Shown piece by piece: positions 28,978 to 38,758 of a DNA stretch of 64,000 nt. The stretch covers positions 476 to 64,475 of the forward strand of contig CASFAV010000006.1 of assembly GCA_949292905.1 (NCBI GenBank). Reading direction: 5' to 3'. The notes beneath the pieces were generated by a model. It ran no database searches. It was not told the origin of the DNA and saw only the letters and a program-made list of their open reading frames with translations. Every line of letters starts with the position of its first letter. Within the stretch, counting starts at the first letter, position 1. A program made the position numbers and the translations under genes. This DNA is from an uncultured Eubacteriales bacterium (GTDB lineage Bacteria > Bacillota > Clostridia > Christensenellales > DTU072).

Positions 28978-30579
28978 ATGAACGTCGATCAAAGTATATT
29001 CGGATACGTCAAAGATTATCTGAATGAGCCAGATAAAATCAAAATAGAATACTACGGCAGTTCTTTTACGGAAAGGGAATTCCTTTCGCACGCGTTGAGA
29101 GTAGGGGGGTACCTTACGGAAAAGGGCTTCGCGGGCAAAACGGCGGGGATAATGCTCCCCAATATCCCCGAAGCGGTTTTCGCGCTGTACGGAGCGAGCG
29201 CCGCGGGTTGCGCCGTCAATCTCATAAATCCGCGTTTCCGTACCGAAGCGCTGGAAAGGATACTGCTTTCTACGGGAACGAAAATACTTTTCATATACGA
29301 CAAAATTTATCCCGCGCACCGTAAAATGCTCGAAAAACACGGCATTGAAGCCGTCGTATGCAGTCCGTTCCGTTATAGAAAAATTCTTAAAATACTTTAT
29401 CCGTTTTCTTTTGCCGCCTGCGCAGGCGCCACGCGCTTTTCCGAAACGCTGAAAAGCGCCGAATGTATCCCGGTTGAGCGGAGCGGAGAAGACGTCGCCG
29501 TATATATCCACAGCGGAGGTACGACCGGGACTTCAAAAGCCGCGGAGATAAGCAACAGGGCTTTGAATTCGCTTGCCGAAGCGGTGGTGGACAGCGTGCA
29601 CCCGGGGCGCTCGGACATACCAGCGGACGGGGGGATGCTCGCGATACTTCCGATATTTCACGGCTTCGGGCTCGGAATATGCGTGCATACGGTGATATGT
29701 CACATAAGGGTGGTGCTGATGCCCCTTTTCAGGGCGAAAGAAGCCGCCCGCCTTATCAAAAAATACGCGATCACTCACATAGCGGGCGTGCCGCAAATGT
29801 TCGCAAAGCTCGCCGCGGAGCGTTCGTTCGGCGGTAAAGGGCTCGAAAAGATAGAATGCGTATTCTGCGGCGGAGACAAGCTCGCGCCGCAGGTCAAAGA
29901 ACGTTTCGACGCCATTCTTCGCGGAGCGGGCAGCGGCGGCGAAATATTGGAAGGATACGGACTTACGGAAACGGCTTCCGTAGTGACGGTCAATCCGCGC
30001 GGCGCTACCAGGGCGTGTTCGCAGGGACTTCCGCTCAAAGGAAACCGCGTGAAGATCACGAACGAGCGCGGCGAAACGCTTCCCGCGGGCGAGATCGGGA
30101 ATATAGAGCTTGCCGCCGTTTCTCTGATGAACGGGTACCTGAACGACGAAGAATGTACCGCCAAAGCGGTATATACCGACGACGAAGGAGTGAGATGGCT
30201 GCGTACCGGGGACTACGGTTGTCTGGACGCGGACGGATACCTGTATTTCAAGGAGCGCGTCAAGCGCACCGTGAAGATCGCCGCCATAAATATTTTCCCT
30301 TCCGACATAGAAGCCGTGGTGAACGCTATGGACGAGGTGGAGGAATGTTGCGCCGCGCGCGCCGCGGATTCTTCGGGTAAGCCATACGTCAGGCTGTACG
30401 TCAAGCGCGCCCGCGGGGCGGGCGGAGCGTCCGTAAATAATAAAATAGCTACGGAAGTGGCTTCGAAGATAGTGCGTTACGCCGTGCCGCGAGAGATAAT
30501 AGAAGTAGACGAATTGCGGCACACGCCTTTCGGGAAAGTGGATTACAGATTTTACGAAAAGGAATTACAGGGATCTTAA
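28978..30579 (+). CDS. AMP-binding acyl-CoA synthetase/ligase
   Basis: [36 protein letters not shown]. Confidence 0.88.
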   Translation: MNVDQSIFGYVKDYLNEPDKIKIEYYGSSFTEREFLSHALRVGGYLTEKGFAGKTAGIMLPNIPEAVFALYGASAAGCAVNLINPRFRTEALERILLSTGTKILFIYDKIYPAHRKMLEKHGIEAVVCSPFRYRKILKILYPFSFAACAGATRFSETLKSAECIPVERSGEDVAVYIHSGGTTGTSKAAEISNRALNSLAEAVVDSVHPGRSDIPADGGMLAILPIFHGFGLGICVHTVICHIRVVLMPLFRAKEAARLIKKYAITHIAGVPQMFAKLAAERSFGGKGLEKIECVFCGGDKLAPQVKERFDAILRGAGSGGEILEGYGLTETASVVTVNPRGATRACSQGLPLKGNRVKITNERGETLPAGEIGNIELAAVSLMNGYLNDEECTAKAVYTDDEGVRWLRTGDYGCLDADGYLYFKERVKRTVKIAAINIFPSDIEAVVNAMDEVEECCAARAADSSGKPYVRLYVKRARGAGGASVNNKIATEVASKIVRYAVPREIIEVDELRHTPFGKVDYRFYEKELQGS

Positions 30580-30848
30580 CCGCAATTCTCGTCGAGAGTT
30601 CTGTAATATGCGTTGAGAACTGCTTCGGAGAGCTTGTCTCTCACTTCGCTTCTTATGGGGTGGGCGATGTCGCGGAAACTGCCGTCGGGAGCTTTGCGGG
30701 AGGGCATCACGATGAAATGACCTTCCGTGCCTTCGATGACTTTGATGTCGTGTACGGCGAATTCGTTATCTATGATAACGCTTGCGATGGCTCTGAGCTT
30801 TTTTTCGTCTTTGGGGATTATTCTGACTCGGACATCCGTGATGTTCAT
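30576..30848 (-). CDS. spoVG: Septation/RNA-binding regulator SpoVG
   Basis: [31 protein letters not shown]. Confidence 0.95.
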   Translation of the reverse strand: MNITDVRVRIIPKDEKKLRAIASVIIDNEFAVHDIKVIEGTEGHFIVMPSRKAPDGSFRDIAHPIRSEVRDKLSEAVLNAYYRTLDENCG

Positions 30849-31007
30849 AAAAATTTCTCCTTATCATTCGAAAATGTAAAACCGACAGTTATTATACAAT
30901 GTATTCGCGAGTATTTCAATATTTTTATATAAAGAAAAAAATTTTTTTTATCGCGTAAATTTTATCGCCCGACTCACCAAAGGTAAAGGCGGAGCATATT
31001 ATAGAGT

Positions 31008-32363
31008 ATGCTTTTCGGGGACCGAATAAAAAGAATACATTTCATCGGTATAGGCGGGATAAGCATGTCCGCGCTCGCCAAACTGATGATCCTGAAAGGG
31101 TACGTCGTGACAGGCTCCGATAAAAGATATTCGGCGGAGGCGGAGTCGCTTGCCGCGTGGGGAGCTTACGTATACGTGGGCTCGGACGAGGAAATAATAA
31201 AAAATACCGATCTGGTCGTTTATTCGCAAGCGATACCTTCCGACGACGCCGAACTCGAATTCTGCAGACGGCATAACGTAAAGACCGTCAGGCGGGATTA
31301 TTTTCTTGCCGAAGTCGCTGCCCGCTACGACACCGTCGTGGCCGTCGCGGGCACGCACGGGAAAACGACCGCCACCGCCATGCTCGCGAGAATATTCAAG
31401 GAATCGGGCGAGCTGTTCACGGCGCACGTGGGAGGTAATACTTTCGACGCCGGCAATCTAATTTGCAAAGGCGACAAGTTTTTCGTGACCGAAGCTTGCG
31501 AATATAAAAGAAGTTTTCTTGCGTTGCGCCCCGACGTCGCCGTTATACTCAACGTCGAAGCAGATCATCCGGACACTTACCGGAGCAAGGACGAATTGTT
31601 CGCGGCTTTTGCGTCGTATGTCATGAACGTACGCGACGGCGGAGTCGCAGTCGTAAATGCCGACACCGAATTTTATCGTATGTACAAGTGCACATATAAA
31701 GATATGTACACGTTCTCCGTCGATACTCCCTCCGATTGCAGAGCCGTGAATATCAGACTACTTACGAATGGCAGATACGGCTTCTCAATATTCCATAAAG
31801 GGTACCCTGATTCCGATATTTCGCTGAAAGTGGCGGGCAGACACAACATATACAACGCGCTTGCCGCATACCTTGCCGCCACCGCCTGCGGGATAGAGCG
31901 CGAAGCGGTGATACGCGGGCTCGAGAGCTTCGGCGGCGTAGGCGGCAGATACGAATTCAAAGGGATATGTTCCGGCGCCGAGGTCTACGTGGACTACGCG
32001 CATCATCCCACGGAAATACGCGCCGCGATATCCACGGCTTTGCTCACCGCCCGCGGCGGCAGAGTGATAACGGTATTTCAGCCGCACACTCTGAGTCGCA
32101 CGGAAGCGCTGTTCGACGGATTCCTGAACGCCTTCTGCGATTCGGACGCCGTATTCGTTTTTAAGGAATACAAAGCGAGAGAGACTTCGGGCGGCAAGAC
32201 CGCTTACGAGCTGTACGAAGCGTTGCGCGCAAGGCACGAAGCGTATTATTTCGACGACACCATCGCGCTTGCCAACGCCGTGAGCGCGTATTGCCGCAAA
32301 GGCGACGTCTTGCTCATTCTCGGGGCGGGCGACATTTCCTCGCTTGCGTCGCTTATCGTATAA
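31008..32363 (+). CDS. murC: UDP-N-acetylmuramate--L-alanine ligase
   Basis: HFIGIGGISMS, GTHGKTT, EACEY, DYAHHPTE, FQPHT. Confidence 0.93.
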   Translation: MLFGDRIKRIHFIGIGGISMSALAKLMILKGYVVTGSDKRYSAEAESLAAWGAYVYVGSDEEIIKNTDLVVYSQAIPSDDAELEFCRRHNVKTVRRDYFLAEVAARYDTVVAVAGTHGKTTATAMLARIFKESGELFTAHVGGNTFDAGNLICKGDKFFVTEACEYKRSFLALRPDVAVILNVEADHPDTYRSKDELFAAFASYVMNVRDGGVAVVNADTEFYRMYKCTYKDMYTFSVDTPSDCRAVNIRLLTNGRYGFSIFHKGYPDSDISLKVAGRHNIYNALAAYLAATACGIEREAVIRGLESFGGVGGRYEFKGICSGAEVYVDYAHHPTEIRAAISTALLTARGGRVITVFQPHTLSRTEALFDGFLNAFCDSDAVFVFKEYKARETSGGKTAYELYEALRARHEAYYFDDTIALANAVSAYCRKGDVLLILGAGDISSLASLIV

Positions 32364-32460
32364 GTATTCGGAAAGGCATCTTAGTCCCTTCACCGCTTGC
32401 AAAAAGCGCCGTTTAATGTTATAATATAGCGCATAGGGCGTTAAGCCCACCGGAGAAGGT

Positions 32461-33438
32461 ATGAAATCTTATTACGCCACCGGCGACAGAATGTTCAAAA
32501 CGGTCGAGAGCGAGTCCACCGCGGGCGAACTCGTAAGACTCAAATTGAGTCTCATCTATCCCACTCTCGCGGACGTAGCGGTCTTCGAGGGCAAGCTCGG
32601 CATAGATTATCCGCGCATACCCTGCAGACTTGCCACCGCCGTATTGAGCGAGGACAGAGAGGAGCTCGGCCTCAAACTCGGCTCGCGCGTGCTGCTCAAT
32701 CCCTACGTCGATCCGTCCGCGCAGGACGACGAGCGCATCTACGGCGTGGACGAAGACGGCTTCCTGCGTGATTTTATCGCTGTCAACGCTGACAGCGTCG
32801 TGCCTTTCCCCGAGAACGTCAAAGAAGAGGAAGCTCTTTTCACCGATATAGTGGCGGTCGCGTTGCGTGCGCTCGGCTCTTTCCGGTTGCAGAAAGGCGA
32901 TTACGTGGCGATCGTGGGCGGCTCGTTGCTGGGCGTCGTGGTGGCGCAGCTCGCGTTGTATTATCAGGCGATACCCGTGCTCATATCCTCCGACGACAGG
33001 TACCTCAAACTCGCTGAGGAATGCGGGGTGTATTATACGGTCAACGAATTGAGCGAAAACGTGACGACCAAGCTTATGTCGATAACGGGCGGGAGAATGG
33101 CGGATCATACCGTATTGCACGCCATTCCCAATGTTTCGCCCAATTTCATACATATGCTCACGGCGTCGGGCGGAGACTGCGTGATAGCGGGGCTGAACGG
33201 CTCGTATCTTCCCAAGCTCGACGCGGACATTTCCGCCATCGCCGCCAAAAACCTCACGGTAAAAGGCGTTACCAACGGTAAAAGCGAATTCAACGCCGCG
33301 ATAAATTTGCTCGCGCAAAAGATATTGAAGTTCGACGGCTTCGTGGACAATACGGTCCCGCTTACCGAGGCGCAGAAGCTGTTCGAAGAGCTCGGCGCGG
33401 ACGCTCAGAGATACGTCGCGGCGGTGATCAAAGTATAG
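32461..33438 (+). CDS. Degenerate MDR-superfamily (alcohol/sorbitol dehydrogenase-like) protein
   Basis: GroES-like plus Rossmann layout (LKLGSRV, DGFLRDFI, GDYVAIVGGSLLG, ITGGRMAD), but the zinc ligands are absent. Confidence 0.7.
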   Translation: MKSYYATGDRMFKTVESESTAGELVRLKLSLIYPTLADVAVFEGKLGIDYPRIPCRLATAVLSEDREELGLKLGSRVLLNPYVDPSAQDDERIYGVDEDGFLRDFIAVNADSVVPFPENVKEEEALFTDIVAVALRALGSFRLQKGDYVAIVGGSLLGVVVAQLALYYQAIPVLISSDDRYLKLAEECGVYYTVNELSENVTTKLMSITGGRMADHTVLHAIPNVSPNFIHMLTASGGDCVIAGLNGSYLPKLDADISAIAAKNLTVKGVTNGKSEFNAAINLLAQKILKFDGFVDNTVPLTEAQKLFEELGADAQRYVAAVIKV

Positions 33439-33474
33439 TATCCTCGAGATCGGGTGAAATTTATACGAAAACAG

Positions 33475-33503
33475 TTGACAACGGAATTATATATTTATAT
33501 AAT
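33475..33503 (+). promoter_or_regulatory. Consensus sigma-A promoter of rpmE
   Basis: TTGACA-17 bp-TATAAT. Confidence 0.8.
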
Positions 33504-33541
33504 ATCGGAGCACTTAACTTAAAAATACGAGGTATTACGAA

Positions 33542-33748
33542 ATGAAAGAGAAACTTCATCCCAATTATAAAGTAGTCGACGTGGTCTGCGCATGCGGTGC
33601 GAAATTCAGAGCGGGCACCACGAAGAACGTTGACGTTCTCAAAGTCGATATCTGTAACCAATGCCATCCTTTCTACACCGGAAAGCAGAAGATCGTTGAC
33701 GCAGGCGGCCGCGTGGATTCCTTCTACAAGCGCTACGGCAGAAAGTAA
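33542..33748 (+). CDS. rpmE: 50S ribosomal protein L31 (zinc-binding form)
   Basis: [29 protein letters not shown]. Confidence 0.96.
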   Translation: MKEKLHPNYKVVDVVCACGAKFRAGTTKNVDVLKVDICNQCHPFYTGKQKIVDAGGRVDSFYKRYGRK

Positions 33749-33777
33749 TCCGTTATTTCAAAAGCGATTGTTTAGGG

Positions 33778-33806
33778 TAGGTGCAGCGGTATACTGCACC
33801 TATTTT
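33778..33806 (+). terminator. Intrinsic terminator after rpmE
   Basis: TAGGTGCAG-7 nt-CTGCACCTA followed by TTTT. Confidence 0.65.
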
Positions 33807-33864
33807 GCTACAAAGCGGGCAGAGGGCGCGAGCCGGGCTCCGAAAACACGTTAACCGTACAGTT

Positions 33865-35709
33865 ATGGCGAGAAAGAATTGTTCCGAAATAGGCGGTCAG
33901 GCGGTCATCGAAGGCGTGATGATGCGCGGTAAAACGGCGGAAGCCGTCTCCGTGAGAGATCCGTACGGCAACATTCAGACCGAAAGCAGAAGGCTTCCCG
34001 AGAAGAAGCCCGCCGTTGCGCGGATACCCGTCGTCCGCGGGATATATTCTCTCGTCATGAGCCTTGTCGACGGCAACCGTATCCTTATGCGTTCCGCGGA
34101 GGTGTACGGCGACGAAGCGGAAGCGGAAGCCGAGAGTAAATTCGACAAGTTCCTCGTCAAGCATTTCAAAATAGACGCCGTAAAGTTCGCCACTTACGTG
34201 GGCGCGGTGCTGGGGATATTGCTTGCCGTGGCGTTGTTCATAATACTGCCCACTTACGTCAAAAAGGGTATTTTTGCGTTGCTCGACACCACGGGCATCG
34301 GGCTTTACTGGACCATTCTTCTCGAGAACCTCACCGTCGGCGTCGTCAAGATCGCGGTGCTGCTCGTATATCTTCTCGCGGTGTCGCGGATGAAAGAGAT
34401 CAAAAGGCTTTTCATGTACCACGGCGCGGAGCATAAGACGATAGCCTGCTTCGAAGCCGGCGAACCGCTCACCGTGGAAAACGTGAGGAAGCACGCGAGG
34501 ATACACGACAGGTGCGGCACGAATTTCATCTTCATAGTGATGATAGTGTCCATCGTCGTCAACGCAGTTTTCTTCGCCTTGCTCGGCTGGCAACCCTCCC
34601 GCACGATATACGAAGTGCTCGCGAGGATAGCCATGTTGCCCGTCATAGCGGGCGTGAGTTACGAGGTGTTGAAAGTACTCGCGAAATTCGATAATATCTT
34701 TGCTCGGGTACTCAAAGCTCCGGGTAGGGGACTCCAGAAGATAACTACCGCGGAGCCCGACGACTCGATGATAGAAGTGGCGATAACGGCTTTCGAAACG
34801 GTAAGGAAGCTGGAATCGGACAAGGAAGCTCCCACCTCGACGTTCGTGACTTTCGTGAAGTGCGGCGAGCTCATCAAGAAGCTTTCCGAGAAGATACCCG
34901 AGACCGAAGCGGAGCTCACGGTGATGCATTTCATGAAGTGGGACAAATTCTCCGACATAGACCCCAAAGCGCTTATGCCGGAGCCGGAAGCGGCGAAAGC
35001 GGAGAGCGTGGCGGAAGCGCGGCAAAAGGGAGAGCCTTTGCAGTATCTTTTGGGGACGGCTCCCTTCTACGGATACGATTTTTATGTGGACGGCAGGGTG
35101 CTGATACCGCGGTTCGATACCGAGATACTTGCCGAAAACGCAGTGAAATTCATCCGCGAGAACTGTTCGGGGAAGAAGGCTCGCGTGCTCGAATTATGCA
35201 CCGGTTCCGGGGCTCTTGCGGTAGTTATCGCCAAGGAAACGGGTGCGGAAGTCGTAGCGACCGACGTGAGCGCCGACGCGCTCGAAGTGGCGCGTAAAAA
35301 CGCAGCCAAATACGACGCGGAGATCGATTTCGTCGAAGGCGATCTTTTCGGCGGCGTTTTAGGCGCGTTCGACGCGATAGTCGCCAATCCTCCGTATATC
35401 CCCACGGCGGAGATAGCGACTCTCGCGGGCGAGGTCAGGGATCACGAGCCTTTGCTCGCGCTTGACGGCGGCGAGGACGGACTCGATTTCTACAGGCGGA
35501 TAGCCTCGGGATACGACGGATACCTTGCCGAGGGCGGGGCGCTCATGCTGGAAGTCGGCGCGGGGCAGGCGGAAGCCGTCGCTGCGCTTTTCGAGGGGGA
35601 GAAGGAGATATTTTACGATTACAACACTCCGCCCGTGGCGAGAGTCGTAAGGATAATAAAGTCAAAGAAAGCGCTTGCGGACGGCGCGGACGAGCGTCCG
35701 ATACAATAA
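33865..35709 (+). CDS. prmC: DUF1385 (YqhQ-like) membrane domain fused to release-factor glutamine methyltransferase
   Basis: N-half GGQAVIEGVMMR, YHGAEHK, HDRCGT; C-half GEPLQY, VLIPRFDTE, CTGSG, NPPY, ALDGGEDGL. Confidence 0.88.
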   Translation: MARKNCSEIGGQAVIEGVMMRGKTAEAVSVRDPYGNIQTESRRLPEKKPAVARIPVVRGIYSLVMSLVDGNRILMRSAEVYGDEAEAEAESKFDKFLVKHFKIDAVKFATYVGAVLGILLAVALFIILPTYVKKGIFALLDTTGIGLYWTILLENLTVGVVKIAVLLVYLLAVSRMKEIKRLFMYHGAEHKTIACFEAGEPLTVENVRKHARIHDRCGTNFIFIVMIVSIVVNAVFFALLGWQPSRTIYEVLARIAMLPVIAGVSYEVLKVLAKFDNIFARVLKAPGRGLQKITTAEPDDSMIEVAITAFETVRKLESDKEAPTSTFVTFVKCGELIKKLSEKIPETEAELTVMHFMKWDKFSDIDPKALMPEPEAAKAESVAEARQKGEPLQYLLGTAPFYGYDFYVDGRVLIPRFDTEILAENAVKFIRENCSGKKARVLELCTGSGALAVVIAKETGAEVVATDVSADALEVARKNAAKYDAEIDFVEGDLFGGVLGAFDAIVANPPYIPTAEIATLAGEVRDHEPLLALDGGEDGLDFYRRIASGYDGYLAEGGALMLEVGAGQAEAVAALFEGEKEIFYDYNTPPVARVVRIIKSKKALADGADERPIQ

Positions 35710-35718
35710 GGAGCGAAT

Positions 35719-36783
35719 ATGTTTGAAAAACTGGAAAATATGCGTAAGCGCTTTTACGAGCTCAATGAGCTCATTGCCGATCCCGCGGTCATGCAACGCA
35801 GGGAGGAGTGGCAGAACCTGGTAAAGGAGCACGCTTCCGCGGAACCCGTCGTGGAGACGTACGAGAAATATCTCAAAGCCAAGGAAGAAATGGAGAATTG
35901 TCGCGAGATGATGCACGGCGACAAGGAGATGGCGGAACTTGCGGAAGCGGAATATTACGAACTCCGCGACAAAACTGACAAGCTCGTAGAAGAACTCAAA
36001 ATACTGCTCCTTCCCAAAGACCCGATGGACGACAAGAACGTCATCATCGAGATACGCGGCGGCGCGGGCGGCGAGGAAGCGAGCCTTTTCGCGGGCGACC
36101 TTATGAGAATGTATCACCGTTTCGCCGAGCGTCTGAGATGGAAAGTCGAGGACATCAACGTCAACGAAACGGAGCTCGGCGGCGTGAAAGAAGCGGTATT
36201 CATGATAAACGGGAAGGGCGCCTATTCCAAAATGAAATACGAAAGCGGCGTGCACCGCGTTCAGCGCGTGCCGGAGACGGAGAGTCAGGGCAGGGTGCAT
36301 ACTTCAACCTGTACCGTGGCGGTGCTTCCCGAAGCCGAGGAAGTCGCCGTCGAATATAACGAAAAGGATTTCAAAATAGATACCTACCGCAGCGGCGGCG
36401 CAGGCGGTCAACACGTCAACAAGACGGAATCGGCGGTACGCATCACGCATTTACCGACGGGCATCGTCGTGGAATGTCAGGACGAACGCAGTCAGATAAA
36501 GAACAGGGAGAAGGCGTGGAAGGTGATGAATTCGCGTTTATACGATTTTTACCGTTCGCAGCGCGACAAGGAATACGCCGACAACCGCAAGACGCAGGTG
36601 GGAACGGGCGACCGCTCGGAGCGCATACGCACCTATAATTATCCGCAGGGAAGGGTGAGCGATCACCGCATAGGGCTTACTTTGTACAACCTCGCCGAAT
36701 TCCTCGACGGCGATATGTTCGAGATGGTGGAAGCCCTGGCTCTCGCCGATCAGAACGCCAAACTCAGCAAAATTTCGGATTGA
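35719..36783 (+). CDS. prfA: Peptide chain release factor 1
   Basis: ESGVHRVQRVPETE (PxT motif), GGQ, IRTYNYPQ. Confidence 0.96.
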   Translation: MFEKLENMRKRFYELNELIADPAVMQRREEWQNLVKEHASAEPVVETYEKYLKAKEEMENCREMMHGDKEMAELAEAEYYELRDKTDKLVEELKILLLPKDPMDDKNVIIEIRGGAGGEEASLFAGDLMRMYHRFAERLRWKVEDINVNETELGGVKEAVFMINGKGAYSKMKYESGVHRVQRVPETESQGRVHTSTCTVAVLPEAEEVAVEYNEKDFKIDTYRSGGAGGQHVNKTESAVRITHLPTGIVVECQDERSQIKNREKAWKVMNSRLYDFYRSQRDKEYADNRKTQVGTGDRSERIRTYNYPQGRVSDHRIGLTLYNLAEFLDGDMFEMVEALALADQNAKLSKISD

Positions 36784-36811
36784 AGATAAAGATCTTTAGG
36801 AGCATACACCG

Positions 36812-38212
36812 ATGAAAGACAGAATTTTCTACAACGACAACGTAAACCTTCTGGAAACGCACAACTTCACGCACAATCTTCAGGACGTGGACGAGCCTCA
36901 CCTTTTCAGAGAGATGTTCGACTACGAATCGGTGCCGAAGACGCTGTTCAACTTCATGAACGTTCCGATGAAATGCGCCAAAAACATCTGGATAACGGAC
37001 ACTACTTTCCGCGACGGACAGCAGGCGCAACAGCCTTTCACGGTGAAGCAGATAGTGGATCTTTACAAGATGATGAGCAGGCTCGGCGGTCCCAAAGGGC
37101 TTATCCGTCAGAGCGAATTCTTCATTTATTCCGACAAGGACAAGGAAGCCGTCAGAAAATGTATGGAGCTCGGACTGGAATTCCCCGAAGTGACGAGCTG
37201 GATACGCGCATCCGAGAAGGATTTCCGCCTCGTCAAGGAAATGGGACTCAAAGAAACGGGAATTCTTGTAAGCTGCTCCGATTACCATATTTTCAAGAAA
37301 ATGAACCTTACCCGCCGTCAGGCGATGGACAAATATCTGAGCGTCGTCAAACAGGCGCTCGAGATAGGGGTGCGTCCCCGTTGCCATTTCGAGGATATCA
37401 CGAGAGCGGACTATTACGGCTTCGTGGTGCCCTTCGCCTCCGCGCTCAAGGAGCTTATGGACGAGACGGGCATCCCGATCAAGATACGTTGCTGCGACAC
37501 GATGGGCTACGGCGTTTCTTACCCCGGAGCCGCCCTTCCGAGAAGCGTGCAGGGCATCATCTACGGTCTCAAGCACTATGCGGAATTTCCCAACGAGCTC
37601 CTCGAATGGCACGGACACAACGATTTCTATAAGGTAGTCACCAACGCGGCGACCGCGTGGCTGTACGGCGCGTCGGGCGTCAACTGCTCGTTGCTCGGCA
37701 TCGGCGAGCGTACCGGCAACTGTCCCCTCGAAGCGATGGCTATGGAATATTGCTCTCTGCGCGGCACGACCGACGGCATGGATCTCTCGGTCATTACCGA
37801 GATAGCGGAATACTTCGAACGCGAAATGGGCTACGTCATCCCTCCGCGCACTCCCTTCGTCGGAAGGTGCTTCAATCTCACCAAAGCGGGTATCCACGCC
37901 GACGGTATGCTCAAGGATCAGGAGATATACAATATTTTCGACACCGAGAAGATACTTGGAAGACCTCCGCTCGTGGCGATAGACAGCCATTCGGGGCTTG
38001 CGGGCATAGCGTACTGGATCAACGCCTTCTTCAAACTTCCCGAGGGCAAAAAGATCGACAAAAAAGATCCTCTCGTAGAGTCGCTCAAGGCGGAGATAGA
38101 CGCTCAGTACTCCGGCGGCAGGGATACCGTTCTCTCCGACGAAGAGCTGCTCGACCTCATAAAAGAAGCGGACGAGAAGCGTTTCCGCGGATTTATGAGA
38201 GGACATGCGTGA
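36812..38212 (+). CDS. DRE-TIM metallolyase, Re-citrate synthase-like (LeuA/homocitrate synthase family)
   Basis: DTTFRDGQQ, SCSDYHIF, HFEDITRAD, HGHNDF, GERTGN, AGIHADG. Confidence 0.8.
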   Translation: MKDRIFYNDNVNLLETHNFTHNLQDVDEPHLFREMFDYESVPKTLFNFMNVPMKCAKNIWITDTTFRDGQQAQQPFTVKQIVDLYKMMSRLGGPKGLIRQSEFFIYSDKDKEAVRKCMELGLEFPEVTSWIRASEKDFRLVKEMGLKETGILVSCSDYHIFKKMNLTRRQAMDKYLSVVKQALEIGVRPRCHFEDITRADYYGFVVPFASALKELMDETGIPIKIRCCDTMGYGVSYPGAALPRSVQGIIYGLKHYAEFPNELLEWHGHNDFYKVVTNAATAWLYGASGVNCSLLGIGERTGNCPLEAMAMEYCSLRGTTDGMDLSVITEIAEYFEREMGYVIPPRTPFVGRCFNLTKAGIHADGMLKDQEIYNIFDTEKILGRPPLVAIDSHSGLAGIAYWINAFFKLPEGKKIDKKDPLVESLKAEIDAQYSGGRDTVLSDEELLDLIKEADEKRFRGFMRGHA

Positions 38213-38333
38213 GCGCGTACGCACGAGCACGCATATTGAAATTCCCTCTTGAAATATTTATAAAAGATGGTACAATAGAAGTATCAATATAATATCGGCG
38301 GAAGCCGCCGAAAAAGTATTAAGAGAGGTTTTA

Positions 38334-38756
38334 ATGATCAAGATCATCTACGGCTCCAAAGGAACGGGTAAAACCAAAAAAATCATCGATACCGCCAACG
38401 CAAGCATCAACAAAGAACTCGGCGACATAGTTTTCATCACGGACACTTCGCGTTATATCAGGGAGATAAAGTATCAGATACGTTTTACCAATTCCAAAGA
38501 GAGCCAGATAGCTTCCGAGGACGGGCTCATAGGCTTTATCCAGGGAATGCTCGAAGCCAATTACGACATAAGGCTTATATTCATCGACGGCGCGGCGCGT
38601 ATGATAGGCAAACCCATTGACGAAATGGACAGCTTCTTCGAGAGACTGAAACGCATTTCGCACAAGACGGAAGCCACCTTCGTACTGACGATCTCGGCTG
38701 ATTACGAGGATCTGCCGGACTTTATCAAAGTTCTCGCGGATACCGATAAGGAGTAG
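38334..38756 (+). CDS. Small P-loop protein of unknown function
   Basis: GSKGTGKT Walker A and IFIDG Walker B-like motif; has an RBS and an upstream TTGAAA...TACAAT promoter. Confidence 0.7.
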   Translation: MIKIIYGSKGTGKTKKIIDTANASINKELGDIVFITDTSRYIREIKYQIRFTNSKESQIASEDGLIGFIQGMLEANYDIRLIFIDGAARMIGKPIDEMDSFFERLKRISHKTEATFVLTISADYEDLPDFIKVLADTDKE

Positions 38757-38758
38757 AT

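Noticed and set aside
33781..33864. Upstream extensions in the ORF track (33781; also 8039, 19670, 42016, 42690, 43935, 47611, 57169)
   Set aside because: They overlap terminators, promoters or neighbouring genes. Downstream ATGs with an RBS, translational coupling or a family-typical N-terminus were preferred.
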